A stretch of DNA of 64,000 nucleotides from an uncultured Acidobacteriaceae bacterium. GTDB lineage: Bacteria; Acidobacteriota; Terriglobia; Terriglobales; Acidobacteriaceae. Position 1 is the first letter of the stretch. The number at the start of each line of letters is the position of its first letter. This document shows positions 43,457 to 53,236 of the stretch, piece after piece. Below the pieces are notes generated by a model, which was not told where the DNA came from, searched no databases, and saw only the letters and a program-made list of their open reading frames with translations. The stretch spans positions 1,603,842 to 1,667,841 of the forward strand of contig CAWGNC010000003.1 of NCBI GenBank assembly GCA_963823865.1. Direction: 5' to 3'. The position numbers and the translations under genes were made by a program.

Positions 43457-45318
43457 TGGGCAGCCCCGGTTTCATCGTCCCCGCGTACCCACGCCGCCCG
43501 ATGGGCGCGCTGCTCGGCGGTGACCGTCGGAAGATCGCGCAGCTCGTAATATTTTTCCTGACGTTCCGTCAGGCGAATCTCGACCTGGCGTTTGCCGCGC
43601 CGATTCTCCAGTTCAAAGTGAACCAGGGTCCCCGGCGACATGCGCGCAAGTTCGTTGTCCAGGTAGGCACTCGCGGGCGCGCCATTCATCGCGGTCACTC
43701 GATCGCCGGCGGTAATTCCCTGCCGCTGCGCCTCGCTGTTCGGCTCGACCGCCGAGACCTCAGACTGGCCACCAAGGTTCGCCGTAGTGGTGAAGCCCGC
43801 ATTGCCGACGCGGTTCGTGTTCGTCACCAGATGCAGGCCGGCAAACTGGAAGAACTCGTCGTAGGGAAGCTCCTTCAAACCGGAGACGTAATCATTGAAA
43901 AAGTCCGCGAAGCTTTGGCCCGTTACTTTCTCGGCGGCCGCCTCGACTCCCGAGGAGTCGGGAAAATAGCGGTGCTGCTTGGCGTATTCGTCGTTCATGT
44001 AGTGAAACAGGTCGCGCAGCGACTTCTTGCCATTTGTCAGCTGGCGCATGCGAAGATCGAGCAGAATGCCAAGCAGTTCGCCCTTATTGTAGTAACTGAT
44101 GCTGCGCTCCGGTGACCGGTAAAACGGGATTCCCTCAAACCACGCGTCGAGGCTCGATTCCTCCGCCGACTGCCAGGTATGCGCGGGGCGATGCTGCAGC
44201 TCCGTAATCTCTCCCGCCACCTGACCCAGATACTGTTTCTCATCGATCAGCCCGGAGCGCACCAGCATCAGGTCGCCGACCGTGCTGGTTACCCCCTCGC
44301 TGAACCACAGAGCGCGAGTGTCCATCTCCTGCTGATAGTTGATGGGCTCCAGAGATTGCGGCCGGATGCGCTTTACATTCCACAGATGAAAGAACTCATG
44401 CGCGGTGACCTCGGCCAGGGGCAACAGGTCGGCACGCAACCGTTCGGCATTGACGTCGATGGCGGTTCCGTAGGCGTGTTCCATACCACCGCCCGCCGGT
44501 CCATGCGGAAAGTGATACAGGAACGTGTATTCGTCATAGGGCCGGTCTTGCATCCAATCCACTTCCGCATGGGTAACTTGCTTCAATACGCCATCGAGCT
44601 TAGGCATGTCGTAATCAGCCGGATTGCCATGTACCACAACGTGGTAAGTAGCCCCGTCTTGCTGAAAAGAAGATTGCTGGAAGGTACCTACTTCTGCCGG
44701 GCTATCCACGAGCTCGTCGTAGTTGGCTGCCACCCCTACAGTCTGTTCAACCTTACCGGGCGCAGCTGAGCCAAAGACGTGCACATCTCGCAGCTCCCAC
44801 GTTGTGGGAACGTCGAGGAAGCGAATGCTCATCGGTTGCGAGCGAAGATCTGGCAAATACATCAGCACCATGGCCCAGTTGAAAAAGCCGTGATCGGCAT
44901 TCAGAGTGCTTCCGAACGGTCCGGGGCTGTTCAGGTAAATGTCATAACTGACGACAACGCAGCCCGCGGGGGCGACAACCCTCCACTCGCCGGTCTTTTC
45001 GTTGTTGGCCAGAACCTTTGCGCCGGAGGCATCCTCAGCACGAACGTTTTCGATATTGGCCGCGAAGTTGCGAACCTGATAAAGAGCGTTCCAGGCCGGC
45101 ATGAACAGAATGCGACTGCTTCGATCGTGCAGCCGGATACTCACATGCGCCAGGTGGCTGGCGGGATCGCTCAGCGAGACGAAGTACTCGGTCGCCTCAG
45201 GTTCAGGGCTGGCCGGAGTCGCGCAGGTGACCGAGGTCGCCGCGTAGGCATTCGTTAAGGGTAAACCGACGGCGAGCATCAGGAACCAACAGGCAAGAGT
45301 TGTGCGGATGCGGCTCAC
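43453..45318 (-). CDS. M61-family glycyl aminopeptidase with C-terminal PDZ domain
   Basis: Signal peptide, HEFFHLWNVKRIRP (HExxH) and a PDZ-like GITAGDRVTAMNG. Confidence 0.85.
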   Translation of the reverse strand: MSRIRTTLACWFLMLAVGLPLTNAYAATSVTCATPASPEPEATEYFVSLSDPASHLAHVSIRLHDRSSRILFMPAWNALYQVRNFAANIENVRAEDASGAKVLANNEKTGEWRVVAPAGCVVVSYDIYLNSPGPFGSTLNADHGFFNWAMVLMYLPDLRSQPMSIRFLDVPTTWELRDVHVFGSAAPGKVEQTVGVAANYDELVDSPAEVGTFQQSSFQQDGATYHVVVHGNPADYDMPKLDGVLKQVTHAEVDWMQDRPYDEYTFLYHFPHGPAGGGMEHAYGTAIDVNAERLRADLLPLAEVTAHEFFHLWNVKRIRPQSLEPINYQQEMDTRALWFSEGVTSTVGDLMLVRSGLIDEKQYLGQVAGEITELQHRPAHTWQSAEESSLDAWFEGIPFYRSPERSISYYNKGELLGILLDLRMRQLTNGKKSLRDLFHYMNDEYAKQHRYFPDSSGVEAAAEKVTGQSFADFFNDYVSGLKELPYDEFFQFAGLHLVTNTNRVGNAGFTTTANLGGQSEVSAVEPNSEAQRQGITAGDRVTAMNGAPASAYLDNELARMSPGTLVHFELENRRGKRQVEIRLTERQEKYYELRDLPTVTAEQRAHRAAWVRGDDETGAAH

Positions 45319-46742
45319 GCGGTCGTCGTCACCTCATGGAGCGACTTCAACTTGGCCGGTAGCTTCTCGTAGATTCCGCCGAAGCCGCCGTTGGAGAGGA
45401 TGGCGACCACATCTCCACTCCGAAGCTCCGGCGCGATCGCGTCAACGATAGCATCGGCATCAAGCAACAGCCGCGCCGGCTTGCCGTTGGCGTTCAAGTC
45501 GGCGACCACGGCAGCCGGGTCAAGACGTTCGCCCTCAGGAATCGCTTCCGACTTGAACACATCGGCGAGAATCACCTGATCGGCGACTGCCAGGCTCTGC
45601 GCGAGTTCATGCTGAAACACGGCCCGCCGCAGCGTGTTCGAGCGCGGCTCAAGCACTGCCCAGATGCGGCGCCCGGGATAACGTGTGCGCACCGCCTGCA
45701 GCGTCTGCGCAATCGCCGTGGGATGATGCGCGAAGTCATCAATGATCGTGATTCCGCCGATCTCGGCCTTCACTTCCAGCCGCCGCTTTACACTGCGAAA
45801 TTCACGCAACGCATTCGTGATCGCCCTGACGGTTAGCCCGCAGTGACAGGCCAGCGCGGCCGCCGCTGTTGCATTCAGCACGTTGTATTCGCCGGCCAGC
45901 GGAAACGCCAGTTGGGCCGGCTCCCATCCATCGCGTGAGAGCTTCCAGCGGGTTTCGTCCGGCAAGTACTCGACGTCGGAGATGTGCCATGACGAATTCT
46001 TGGCAAATCCGTAGCGCTCGACCCGGCACAGAGCACGGCTGGCGCATTCGTCGACGTTCGGATGTCCGTCCCATGCAATCAACACACCACGTCTTGGAAT
46101 CAGATTCACCAGCCGCTTGAACGCCGTCTTGACCTCGTCAAGATTCTTGTAGATATCGGCGTGATCGAATTCAACTGAAGTCAGGATGACAGCGTCAGGA
46201 AAGTAGTGCAGGAATTTCGGCCCCTTATCAAAGAAGGCGGTGTCGTATTCGTCGCCTTCGAGGACGAATTCCTTGCCCTGACCCAGCGCGAAGGAGCTGC
46301 CGAAGTTTTCCGGAATGCCGCCGATTAGGAAGCTGGGCGAACGGCCGGCGTGGTGCAAAATCCAGCTGACCAGCGACGTAGTTGTGGTCTTGCCGTGGGT
46401 TCCCGCGATCACCAGTCGCTCTCTGTCCATGAGGAATTCGTCGTGCAGCACCTGCGCCATCGATTGCAATGGCATACCTGCGTCAAGAACGAACTCCAGT
46501 TCAACATTACCTCGGGAAATCGCATTGCCCACAACCACCAGGTCGGGCCGGGGCTCCAGGTTGGCGTGGCTGAACGGCTGCGAGACCGGGATGCCAAGCG
46601 AAGCCAGAAAGTCTGACATTGGAGGATATGCCGCAGCGTCAGACCCTGTGACTCGGAATCCGCGCTGCTTGAGCATGCCCGCCAGCGAGGCCATTGCCGT
46701 GCCGCAGATGCCGATCAGGTGTATGTGTTTCGATGTCGTCAA
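45315..46742 (-). CDS. mpl: UDP-N-acetylmuramate:L-alanyl-gamma-D-glutamyl-meso-DAP ligase
   Basis: KHIHLIGICGTAMASLAGML, GTHGKTTT and DDFAHHPTAI motifs. The start is probably the TTG at 46742, preceded by GAGGAA; the longer ORF-track start overlaps ldcA. Confidence 0.85.
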   Translation of the reverse strand: MTTSKHIHLIGICGTAMASLAGMLKQRGFRVTGSDAAAYPPMSDFLASLGIPVSQPFSHANLEPRPDLVVVGNAISRGNVELEFVLDAGMPLQSMAQVLHDEFLMDRERLVIAGTHGKTTTTSLVSWILHHAGRSPSFLIGGIPENFGSSFALGQGKEFVLEGDEYDTAFFDKGPKFLHYFPDAVILTSVEFDHADIYKNLDEVKTAFKRLVNLIPRRGVLIAWDGHPNVDECASRALCRVERYGFAKNSSWHISDVEYLPDETRWKLSRDGWEPAQLAFPLAGEYNVLNATAAAALACHCGLTVRAITNALREFRSVKRRLEVKAEIGGITIIDDFAHHPTAIAQTLQAVRTRYPGRRIWAVLEPRSNTLRRAVFQHELAQSLAVADQVILADVFKSEAIPEGERLDPAAVVADLNANGKPARLLLDADAIVDAIAPELRSGDVVAILSNGGFGGIYEKLPAKLKSLHEVTTTA

Positions 46743-46761
46743 GAAGCTGTTCCTCGAAAAC

Positions 46762-47737
46762 TCAATCGCGTACCACCGCCGGTCTCCTTTGCACCGCCGC
46801 CTGGTAGCTGAGTACCATCCCCGCCGCACTCGCCACGATATTCGCCTTCACTCCAAAGGGCAGAGTCAGCGCGCGGCTGGAAACATGCCCCGACTTCAGC
46901 CCGAAAACGATAGGAACATCCAGATAGCCGATGATCCGCATGAATGACCTGGGGTAGCGTATAGTCCAGCGCGCCGGCTTCATTGCAGTCGATCATCTCG
47001 CCGAAGACGATACCGCGTACGGCGTCGAACTTCCCTGCCAGCTTCAACTGCATCAGCATGCGATCGATGCGATAGGGGCGTTCCGCGCGATCTTCGAGGA
47101 ACAATATCGTTTCGTCGGTCTGAATCTCGTATGGCGTCCCCAGCGAGGCGACCAGTAGCGAGAGGCAGCCGCCGTATAGAACGCCTTCCCCGCTTCCCTG
47201 TTTGAGCACCTGGATACCATCCGCGGCTCCAAAGTCGCGACGGTACGACTGGTCGAAGGCGACAGCCGCGTTCCAACTCGACTCGTCCATTCCATCCGGC
47301 CGGGCAAAATCTCCGGCGACCATTGGCGCGTGGAAGGTCACCAGACCAGCCGCATCGCAAAGATACGTCAGCAGCGTAGTCACGTCACTGCAGCCGGCAA
47401 GAATTTTGGGATTGGCGCGAATCAATTCGAGGTCGAGATGCGGCAGCAGGTAGTTGCAGCCATAGCCGCCGCGGGCGCAGAGAATCGCCTTCACCTCAGC
47501 CCGGCGAAACATCTCGTGCAACTGGTCGACACGTCGGCGAACCGGCCCGCCAAAATACAGCTCGCGATCGAAGATTGACGGCAGGTAGAACGGCTGGTAT
47601 CCCAAACGCAACAAGTGCGCGCATCCCGCCTCGAACTCATCGCGCCGGAAACTGCTGGAGGGCGCAACAACTCCAACTGTATCGCCGGGTTGCAGGGCCG
47701 CGGGACGGACGCGCTCGGGCTGCGAATGAGAGCTCAT
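46762..47737 (-). pseudogene. ldcA: LD-carboxypeptidase (S66) with one apparent frameshift near nt 46940
   Basis: VAPSS, CARGGYGCNYLL and GCSDVTTLL lie in ORF 46739..47737. The conserved C-terminus IIGYLDVPIVFGLKSGHVSSRALTLPFGV is in the frame of ORF 46762..46983. Confidence 0.8.
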
Positions 47738-47751
47738 GAGGAAGGCTTATC

Positions 47752-48534
47752 TTAACTGAAAAACTCGCCGCGGCAGAGTAGCGTGGCAGGTCCAGTGAGG
47801 AAGACCTCGCGATCCCATTCCACCGTCTGTGCTCCACCCAGCGACCGCACGCGGACCGGCGACTTCGCCCTGCCGACATGAATGGAAGCGACCGCGGCCG
47901 CGCTCGACCCTGTGCCCGACGACATGGTCTCGCCCACGCCACGCTCGCAGAACCGCACGTCGATTTCTCCCGTGCCCAGGACCTTTACGACCTCGACGTT
48001 CATGCCTTGCTTGAAGTCCGGGTGCATCGAGATCTGTTCGGCGACCGTCTGCCAGCCCGGCTCGAACTCCGAAACAAACGCAACAAAGTGCGGATTGCCC
48101 ATCGATACCGGGATGCCCGTCACCCTGCCGCCCTTGACGTCAACGGTAAGGTCGCCGCCGATCTCGGGCGCTCCCATCGAGCTGCGAAATTCGAATTCGT
48201 GGCCGTCACGCGACTTTAGCTCGCAGGTCTTCAGCCCGGCACCTGTGCGAATCACAACCGAACTCCGGTGATTCTGGTCGCAATACCACGCCGCGACACA
48301 GCGCGTGCCGTTGCCTGAGATTTCGGCCTCGGAGCCGTCGGCATTGAAGAGCCTTATTGCTAAGTCTGCATCGCCGGCAGGCAAAACCCACTCAACCCCG
48401 TCGGCGCCCACGCCGTTATGCCGGTCGCAGATGCGACGGGTAAAGGCGGGCATATCGCTGGGAGCATGGGAGAGGTCGATGATCAGGAAATCATTGCCGC
48501 AGGCAGTTGCTTTGACAAAAGGGATGCTCGCCAT
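47752..48534 (-). CDS. dapF: diaminopimelate-epimerase-fold protein (DapF homolog) with Ser at both catalytic Cys positions
   Basis: ACGNDFLIID, FNADGSEAEISGNGTRC, MGNPHFV and ERGVGETMSSGTGSSAAAVA. This is colinear with DapF, but the canonical C-G-N-G and A-C-G-[ST]-G cysteines are encoded as TCA and TCG (Ser). Confidence 0.8.
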   Translation of the reverse strand: MASIPFVKATACGNDFLIIDLSHAPSDMPAFTRRICDRHNGVGADGVEWVLPAGDADLAIRLFNADGSEAEISGNGTRCVAAWYCDQNHRSSVVIRTGAGLKTCELKSRDGHEFEFRSSMGAPEIGGDLTVDVKGGRVTGIPVSMGNPHFVAFVSEFEPGWQTVAEQISMHPDFKQGMNVEVVKVLGTGEIDVRFCERGVGETMSSGTGSSAAAVASIHVGRAKSPVRVRSLGGAQTVEWDREVFLTGPATLLCRGEFFS

Positions 48535-48607
48535 AACGGGGTGTACTGCGCGGATTGTAGCAAAGCATGCGCCCGCAGCCTATCGTCGCCAGGTCTGGTG
48601 AAAGCGC

Positions 48608-50306
48608 CTACTGGGATTCCGGCGCCGCCTTCGGCTTATACACCGTGCAGCTCGACTGATATGGGGCGCTTATTGTTATCAAGCCGGTGAATTCTGCCTT
48701 GTGACCCTGCACCGCGGCCCAGACCGGATCGCCCTGGCATGCGACCGCGTAGTCTGCACGATGCGCCGGGTCGAGGAGAGCCAACTCCCAATCGGGATGC
48801 TCGGCCTCAGAGATTACGTGGCGCAGCGGAATTCCTGCCAGGCGGATCGCGCCCGCATGTTCGGCTTCGTACATCAGCAGTGTTGAGTTCGGCGGCAGCT
48901 GGATGAGAACCCCGGCCAGTCCCTGTTCCAGCGAGTTTCGGTCGCGCGAGTTCACCTTGGCCTCGCGCAGAGTGATTGGCGACTCAGCGTAAGCGGAGAT
49001 GTAGCTGACAAGGACGGCGGCGATCAGCAGACACGGAAGCATCACCCTCAACGCGGCCGAGGTCGCCTTATCCCGGAGAGCCATCACAGCGATCACCGGA
49101 AACACCGCGAAGACCGGTAGCAGTTCCATTCCGTAACGGACGTTGTAATACGAAAAGGGATACCAGACCGGAATGTAGATGGGCACGCTGCCATAGGCAA
49201 TCGAGAGCGAGTAGAACGCAAACGGCAGCCAGAGCAGCAGCAGGACTCCGTAGCGCCGGAAGCGCCACGCCGCCACCCCAGCGCCCAGCAACGCCAGCGC
49301 GAACAGAAGCTTGCCCCCAGACCGGCGATCCCATGTTCAGCTGCGCCGACTTCAGGAAGTAGAAAGCCGCAGTGAATACGTCATGCTGACCAGGATATGG
49401 CGGAGCGCCTTGCGCCGTGCTTCGCAGCGCGATCGCCTTGGCAGAATACGGACCGTTGATGAAGTCCAGCGCGTTGCCAGAGACAGCCCAGGTGTACACC
49501 AGCCAGTAAACCGGCACGAGCGCATTCAGCAACAGGACTTCAACGAACGACTTCGTCATCGCTGCGGCGGAGCCGTGCATCGGCCGTGCGACGATACCAG
49601 GCGACGAAGAGCCCAACGAGGATCAGGCCAAAGATAGCCGCGGAGAACCAGCCGTCATAACGAGTGAGAGCGCCGCCATACATCGTGATACCGCAGTACT
49701 CCAGCGCACGTTGCGGACTGAGTTGAGCCTCGGCAAGAGCGGAGCCTGGCAGCGGCGGATTCGTGGCCCGCAGAAATTCATCGAGATAGACCAGCGACCA
49801 GATGAAGAACGCCAGGAAAATCGGCTCATTCATCGCCGTAGTCTGCATGTACAGCAGATTAGGATTGAGCGCGTAGACCGCTGCAGCGAGATAAGCCAGC
49901 AAGTTGCCCGGCGTCGCGCGTTCACCAGGCGATAGATGCCGAGCGTGCCGAGTACGAAAGCCAGCATGCCGGGAATCGCTCCCGCAATGCCGCTCTGCCA
50001 AAGGGTCGTTACCCAGACGAACGGCAGCATGGCGATGTGCTGCAGCGGAAGCCACACGGTGCCCAGTTGCCCGTAGGATTCGATGGGATGCCGGTTGTCA
50101 ACCACTCGCCGCGCGATGTTCAGATGGGCGACCGCGTCGCCGTAGAGCAGAAGTTCCTGCTTGGCGTAATAGAACAGCAGCGCAGCAACCGAGACGGCTG
50201 CCAGCAGCATGGTGAAGCGCGCCTCATTGCGCTGCTGCCGAAATTGTCGCGCACCATTGACTCGATAATCCTTCTTTAGAGAAGGCGAGGCGCTAGTTTT
50301 CGGCAT
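48608..50306 (-). pseudogene. GT-C-type (ArnT/PMT, GT39-like) polytopic membrane protein, broken by about 3 frameshifts
   Basis: Four consecutive ORFs (49830..50327, 49540..50055, 49068..49616, 48608..49291) join into one ~565-aa membrane protein (LLLYGDAVAHLNIARR...). The junctions are near 49920, 49580 and 49318; the last falls in a C5/G5 run. Confidence 0.6.
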
Positions 50307-50328
50307 TTGATTGCTGGGCGGTCTCACG

Positions 50329-50607
50329 CTAAGGCCACCTCTGCGCCCCGTGGACTATGCTGAGAATGAGGACGCGCTCAGGTCCAACACGATAGACAAT
50401 TACGTAGGGTAGTGGAAGCAGGCTCAATTCCCGTGTACCGGGCACACGTCCGGACCTCCCACGGTTGGGCATTTCTTTCAGACTTTGAATTGCGTCGTAG
50501 ATGGACCGCGACACCCGATTGGCGACTTCCAGGCTGCGGTCAGCTTCAATGTACTCGGAAATTTGCTTCAGGTCGGACACCGCATGGCCAGACCATTCGA
50601 CACGCAT
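50329..50607 (-). CDS. type II toxin, ParE/RelE family
   Basis: 92 aa reading MRVEWSGHAVSDLKQISEYI...YVIVYRVGPERVLILSIVHGAQ. It directly abuts the antitoxin stop. Confidence 0.8.
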   Translation of the reverse strand: MRVEWSGHAVSDLKQISEYIEADRSLEVANRVSRSIYDAIQSLKEMPNRGRSGRVPGTRELSLLPLPYVIVYRVGPERVLILSIVHGAQRWP

Positions 50608-50832
50608 TTAGGGGCGTTCTCGCTGCTCTAGCCATCCGCGAACGTCTTCGTCCGCGACCACATCGCCATGATCCGCCGCCTCTTGGCTCGCGGTTACCTT
50701 GCGTTCGAACCACTGATTGTAGGCAACCAGGTTATTGACCGCCTCTTCCAGAAGTTCGCTTTTGTCCCGATGGGTACGCTGGGCCAACTCGTCCAATTTG
50801 GCTTCGAGTTCCGGGGTCACATGGAATGCCAT
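50608..50832 (-). CDS. type II antitoxin (ribbon-helix-helix/ParD-like)
   Basis: Reading from the ATG at 50832 gives MAFHVTPELEAKLDELAQRTHRDKSELLEEAV. It lies immediately upstream of the toxin. Confidence 0.7.
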   Translation of the reverse strand: MAFHVTPELEAKLDELAQRTHRDKSELLEEAVNNLVAYNQWFERKVTASQEAADHGDVVADEDVRGWLEQRERP

Positions 50833-50978
50833 GCGAGTTAGTTTAACGCGACGTGATAAGTAACGAAAGGAAGAAGCTCTGGCCGTACCCTCGGCTGGAG
50901 CCAACTCTGGGCCGCAATTAACGACAAGACGCGGGCCTAGCGCCCGGCTCGCCGAAACAATGCTGAACGGCGGCCTTC

Positions 50979-51902
50979 TCAGTCCAGGTGCGTCAGCTCG
51001 CGGAACATATTGAAGCGCTGGTCGATCTCTTCGCGTGTCAGCGACTGCAGACGCTCGGTGCCGAAGCGCTCGACGGCAAACGATCCCATCACGCTGCCGT
51101 AGAACATGGCATGCCGCAGCACGCGGCGGTTGATCTCGCCCTGCGACGCCACGTATCCCATGAAGCCCCCGGCGAAACTGTCGCCTGCTCCGGTAGGATC
51201 GCGCACTTCGTCGATCGGCATGGCCGGAGCGCGGAAGGGATGATCGCCGGCGCCAAACTCGTGATCGCGGAAGAAGATGGTCGCGCCGTACTCGCCGTGC
51301 TTGATGACCAGCGCGCGCGGGCCCATTTCCATGACCTTGCGGGCGGCCCGCGGCAGGCTGTTGTCGTCGGCCAGCATCTTGGCTTCGCCGTCGTTGATCA
51401 GCAGGATGTCGACGCCCTTCAGCATCTTGTCCAGGTTTGCACGATGGCCGGTGATCCAGTAGTTCATGGTGTCGCCGCCGACCAGCTTCACCTTCTGCAT
51501 GTTGTCGCGAACGCGTTTCTGCAATACGGGATCAATGTTGGCAAGGAAGAGAAAGTCGGAGTTGTTGTACTCAGCCGGAATCGACGGTTGAAAGGTTTCG
51601 AAAACGTTTAACTCGGTATTAAGCGTTTTGGCTTCGTTGACGTTCTCGCCGTACTCGCCGGTCCAGTGGAAGGTCTTCCCTTTCGCGTGCTGGATGCCTC
51701 GGGTGTCGACGCCGCGCTTCTTCATGACGTCTTCGTTCTCGGCCGTGAAGTCTTCGCCCACCACGGCCACGACGCGCACGTCGGTGAAGTAGCTGGCGGA
51801 AAGCGAGAAGTAGGTAGCTGCGCCGCCCAGGATCTTCTGGCGCTCGCCGAATGGGGTTTTCAGAGTATCGAATGCGACCGAACCAACCACAAGAATGGAC
51901 AA
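50979..51902 (-). CDS. PfkB-family carbohydrate/nucleoside kinase
   Basis: 307 aa with the DPTGAGDSFAGGF motif and the N-terminus ILVVGSVAFD. It lies 3 nt downstream of mtnP. Confidence 0.85.
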   Translation of the reverse strand: MSILVVGSVAFDTLKTPFGERQKILGGAATYFSLSASYFTDVRVVAVVGEDFTAENEDVMKKRGVDTRGIQHAKGKTFHWTGEYGENVNEAKTLNTELNVFETFQPSIPAEYNNSDFLFLANIDPVLQKRVRDNMQKVKLVGGDTMNYWITGHRANLDKMLKGVDILLINDGEAKMLADDNSLPRAARKVMEMGPRALVIKHGEYGATIFFRDHEFGAGDHPFRAPAMPIDEVRDPTGAGDSFAGGFMGYVASQGEINRRVLRHAMFYGSVMGSFAVERFGTERLQSLTREEIDQRFNMFRELTHLD

Positions 51903-51905
51903 GGC

Positions 51906-52790
51906 CTACGCTCCCGCTTTCTTTTCGGAATCGAAATATTTACCGACCAGCAACTGCAGCCGCTCGAGCGTTGCCGCCGGTACCGCGCTTTTCTGGGTAA
52001 GGATGGCGTTCTTCAAGGCCGAGCCGCATTTGCAGACGCGCGTCTTCGGCATCGACGCGACGGCTGCCCGCACAACACTACAGGCGTGCTCGGCGTTTTT
52101 CAGCAGCACAGAGACAATCTGCTCGACGCTAACATCGTCATGCTCCTCATGCCAGCAGTCGTAGTCGGTAACCATGGCGACGGTGACGTAGCAGAGTTCA
52201 GCCTCGCGGGCCAGGCGCGCCTCGGTAAGGTTGGTCATGCCGATGACGTCAAGACCCCAGCTGCGATACAGGTTCGATTCCGCCTTGGTGGAAAACTGCG
52301 GGCCTTCCATGTTGAGGTAAGTGCCGCCACTTTTCACATTGACGCCGGTTGCCTTGCAGGCGGCGACGGCGACCCGCGACAGCTCACCACAAACCGGGTG
52401 TCCAAGACCGACGTGCACCACCAGGCCATTGCCGAAGAAGGTATCCACGCGATGACGCGTGCGGTCGACGAACTGATCGGGAATCACGAAGTCCAGCGGG
52501 CGATGCTCTTCTTTCAGCGAGCCCACAGCCGAGAGCGACAGAATGCGCTCGACGCCTAGCTGCTTCATGCCGTGAATGTTGGCGCGGTAGTTGATCTCGG
52601 TCGGCGAGAAGCGATGCCCGGCGCCGTGGCGCGAGAGAAATGCGACCTTGCGGCCTTCGAGCGTGCCCAGCATGTACGGGTCGGAAGGCGCGCCGAACGG
52701 CGTCTCTAGCGTGACTTGCTGAACGTCGCTAAATCCCGGCATGGTATACAAACCGCTGCCGCCGATGATGCCAATCTCTGCCTGCTGCAA
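51906..52790 (-). CDS. mtnP: S-methyl-5'-thioadenosine phosphorylase
   Basis: IGIIGGSGLY, FLSRHGAGHRFSPTEINYRANI and GMTNLTEARLAREAE motifs. Confidence 0.9.
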   Translation of the reverse strand: MQQAEIGIIGGSGLYTMPGFSDVQQVTLETPFGAPSDPYMLGTLEGRKVAFLSRHGAGHRFSPTEINYRANIHGMKQLGVERILSLSAVGSLKEEHRPLDFVIPDQFVDRTRHRVDTFFGNGLVVHVGLGHPVCGELSRVAVAACKATGVNVKSGGTYLNMEGPQFSTKAESNLYRSWGLDVIGMTNLTEARLAREAELCYVTVAMVTDYDCWHEEHDDVSVEQIVSVLLKNAEHACSVVRAAVASMPKTRVCKCGSALKNAILTQKSAVPAATLERLQLLVGKYFDSEKKAGA

Positions 52791-52841
52791 CCGCTGCTCC
52801 TAAAATGTGGTGTGCAAACCCACGATTATACAGGCAAGTTC

Positions 52842-52884
52842 CCGGGGTATTCCCGCTTGCAGGCGGGATCTCCGAATACCCCGG
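52842..52884 (-). promoter_or_regulatory. interrupted 11+4 bp hairpin in the mtnP leader
   Basis: CCGGGGTATTC...GAATACCCCGG encloses CCGC-TTGCAG-GCGG. It lies 52-94 nt upstream of the mtnP ATG. Confidence 0.3.
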
Positions 52885-53096
52885 AGACTTGCGCGGTTCG
52901 TCGTCAGCCTTTGTATTTCAGTTGTCAAAGAAGTTTCAGGCGCGAGCGCTGGGCTAGCCTGTTTCCTCTGCGAGCCCAGCTCCGGTGCAACAGGAGTTTC
53001 GGCTGCGGCCCCCGATACGACGACCGGCAAGCGCTTGCCGGCGGGGCTGGCCTCACTCGCAGCGACAAGCGCTTGGCGGATGCGGCGGGACCGCGC

Positions 53097-53141
53097 AAAG
53101 AAAAAAGAGATCTGCCTGGGCACGAATGCCCAGACCGATCT
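53097..53141 (-). terminator. intrinsic terminator of the nuo operon
   Basis: On the minus strand: stem CTGGGCA/TGCCCAG (extendable by AGATC/GATCT), loop TTCG, then CTCTTTTTTCTTT. It lies about 100 nt after the nuoN stop. Confidence 0.65.
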
Positions 53142-53236
53142 CCAGTTACTACGTTACGCGATTGGCAATGGCGCAAGTCAAGGACGAGGGAAGATTTTTC
53201 GCGCCCGTGGTTCCAAATCGGGAGCGGCGGCACACC

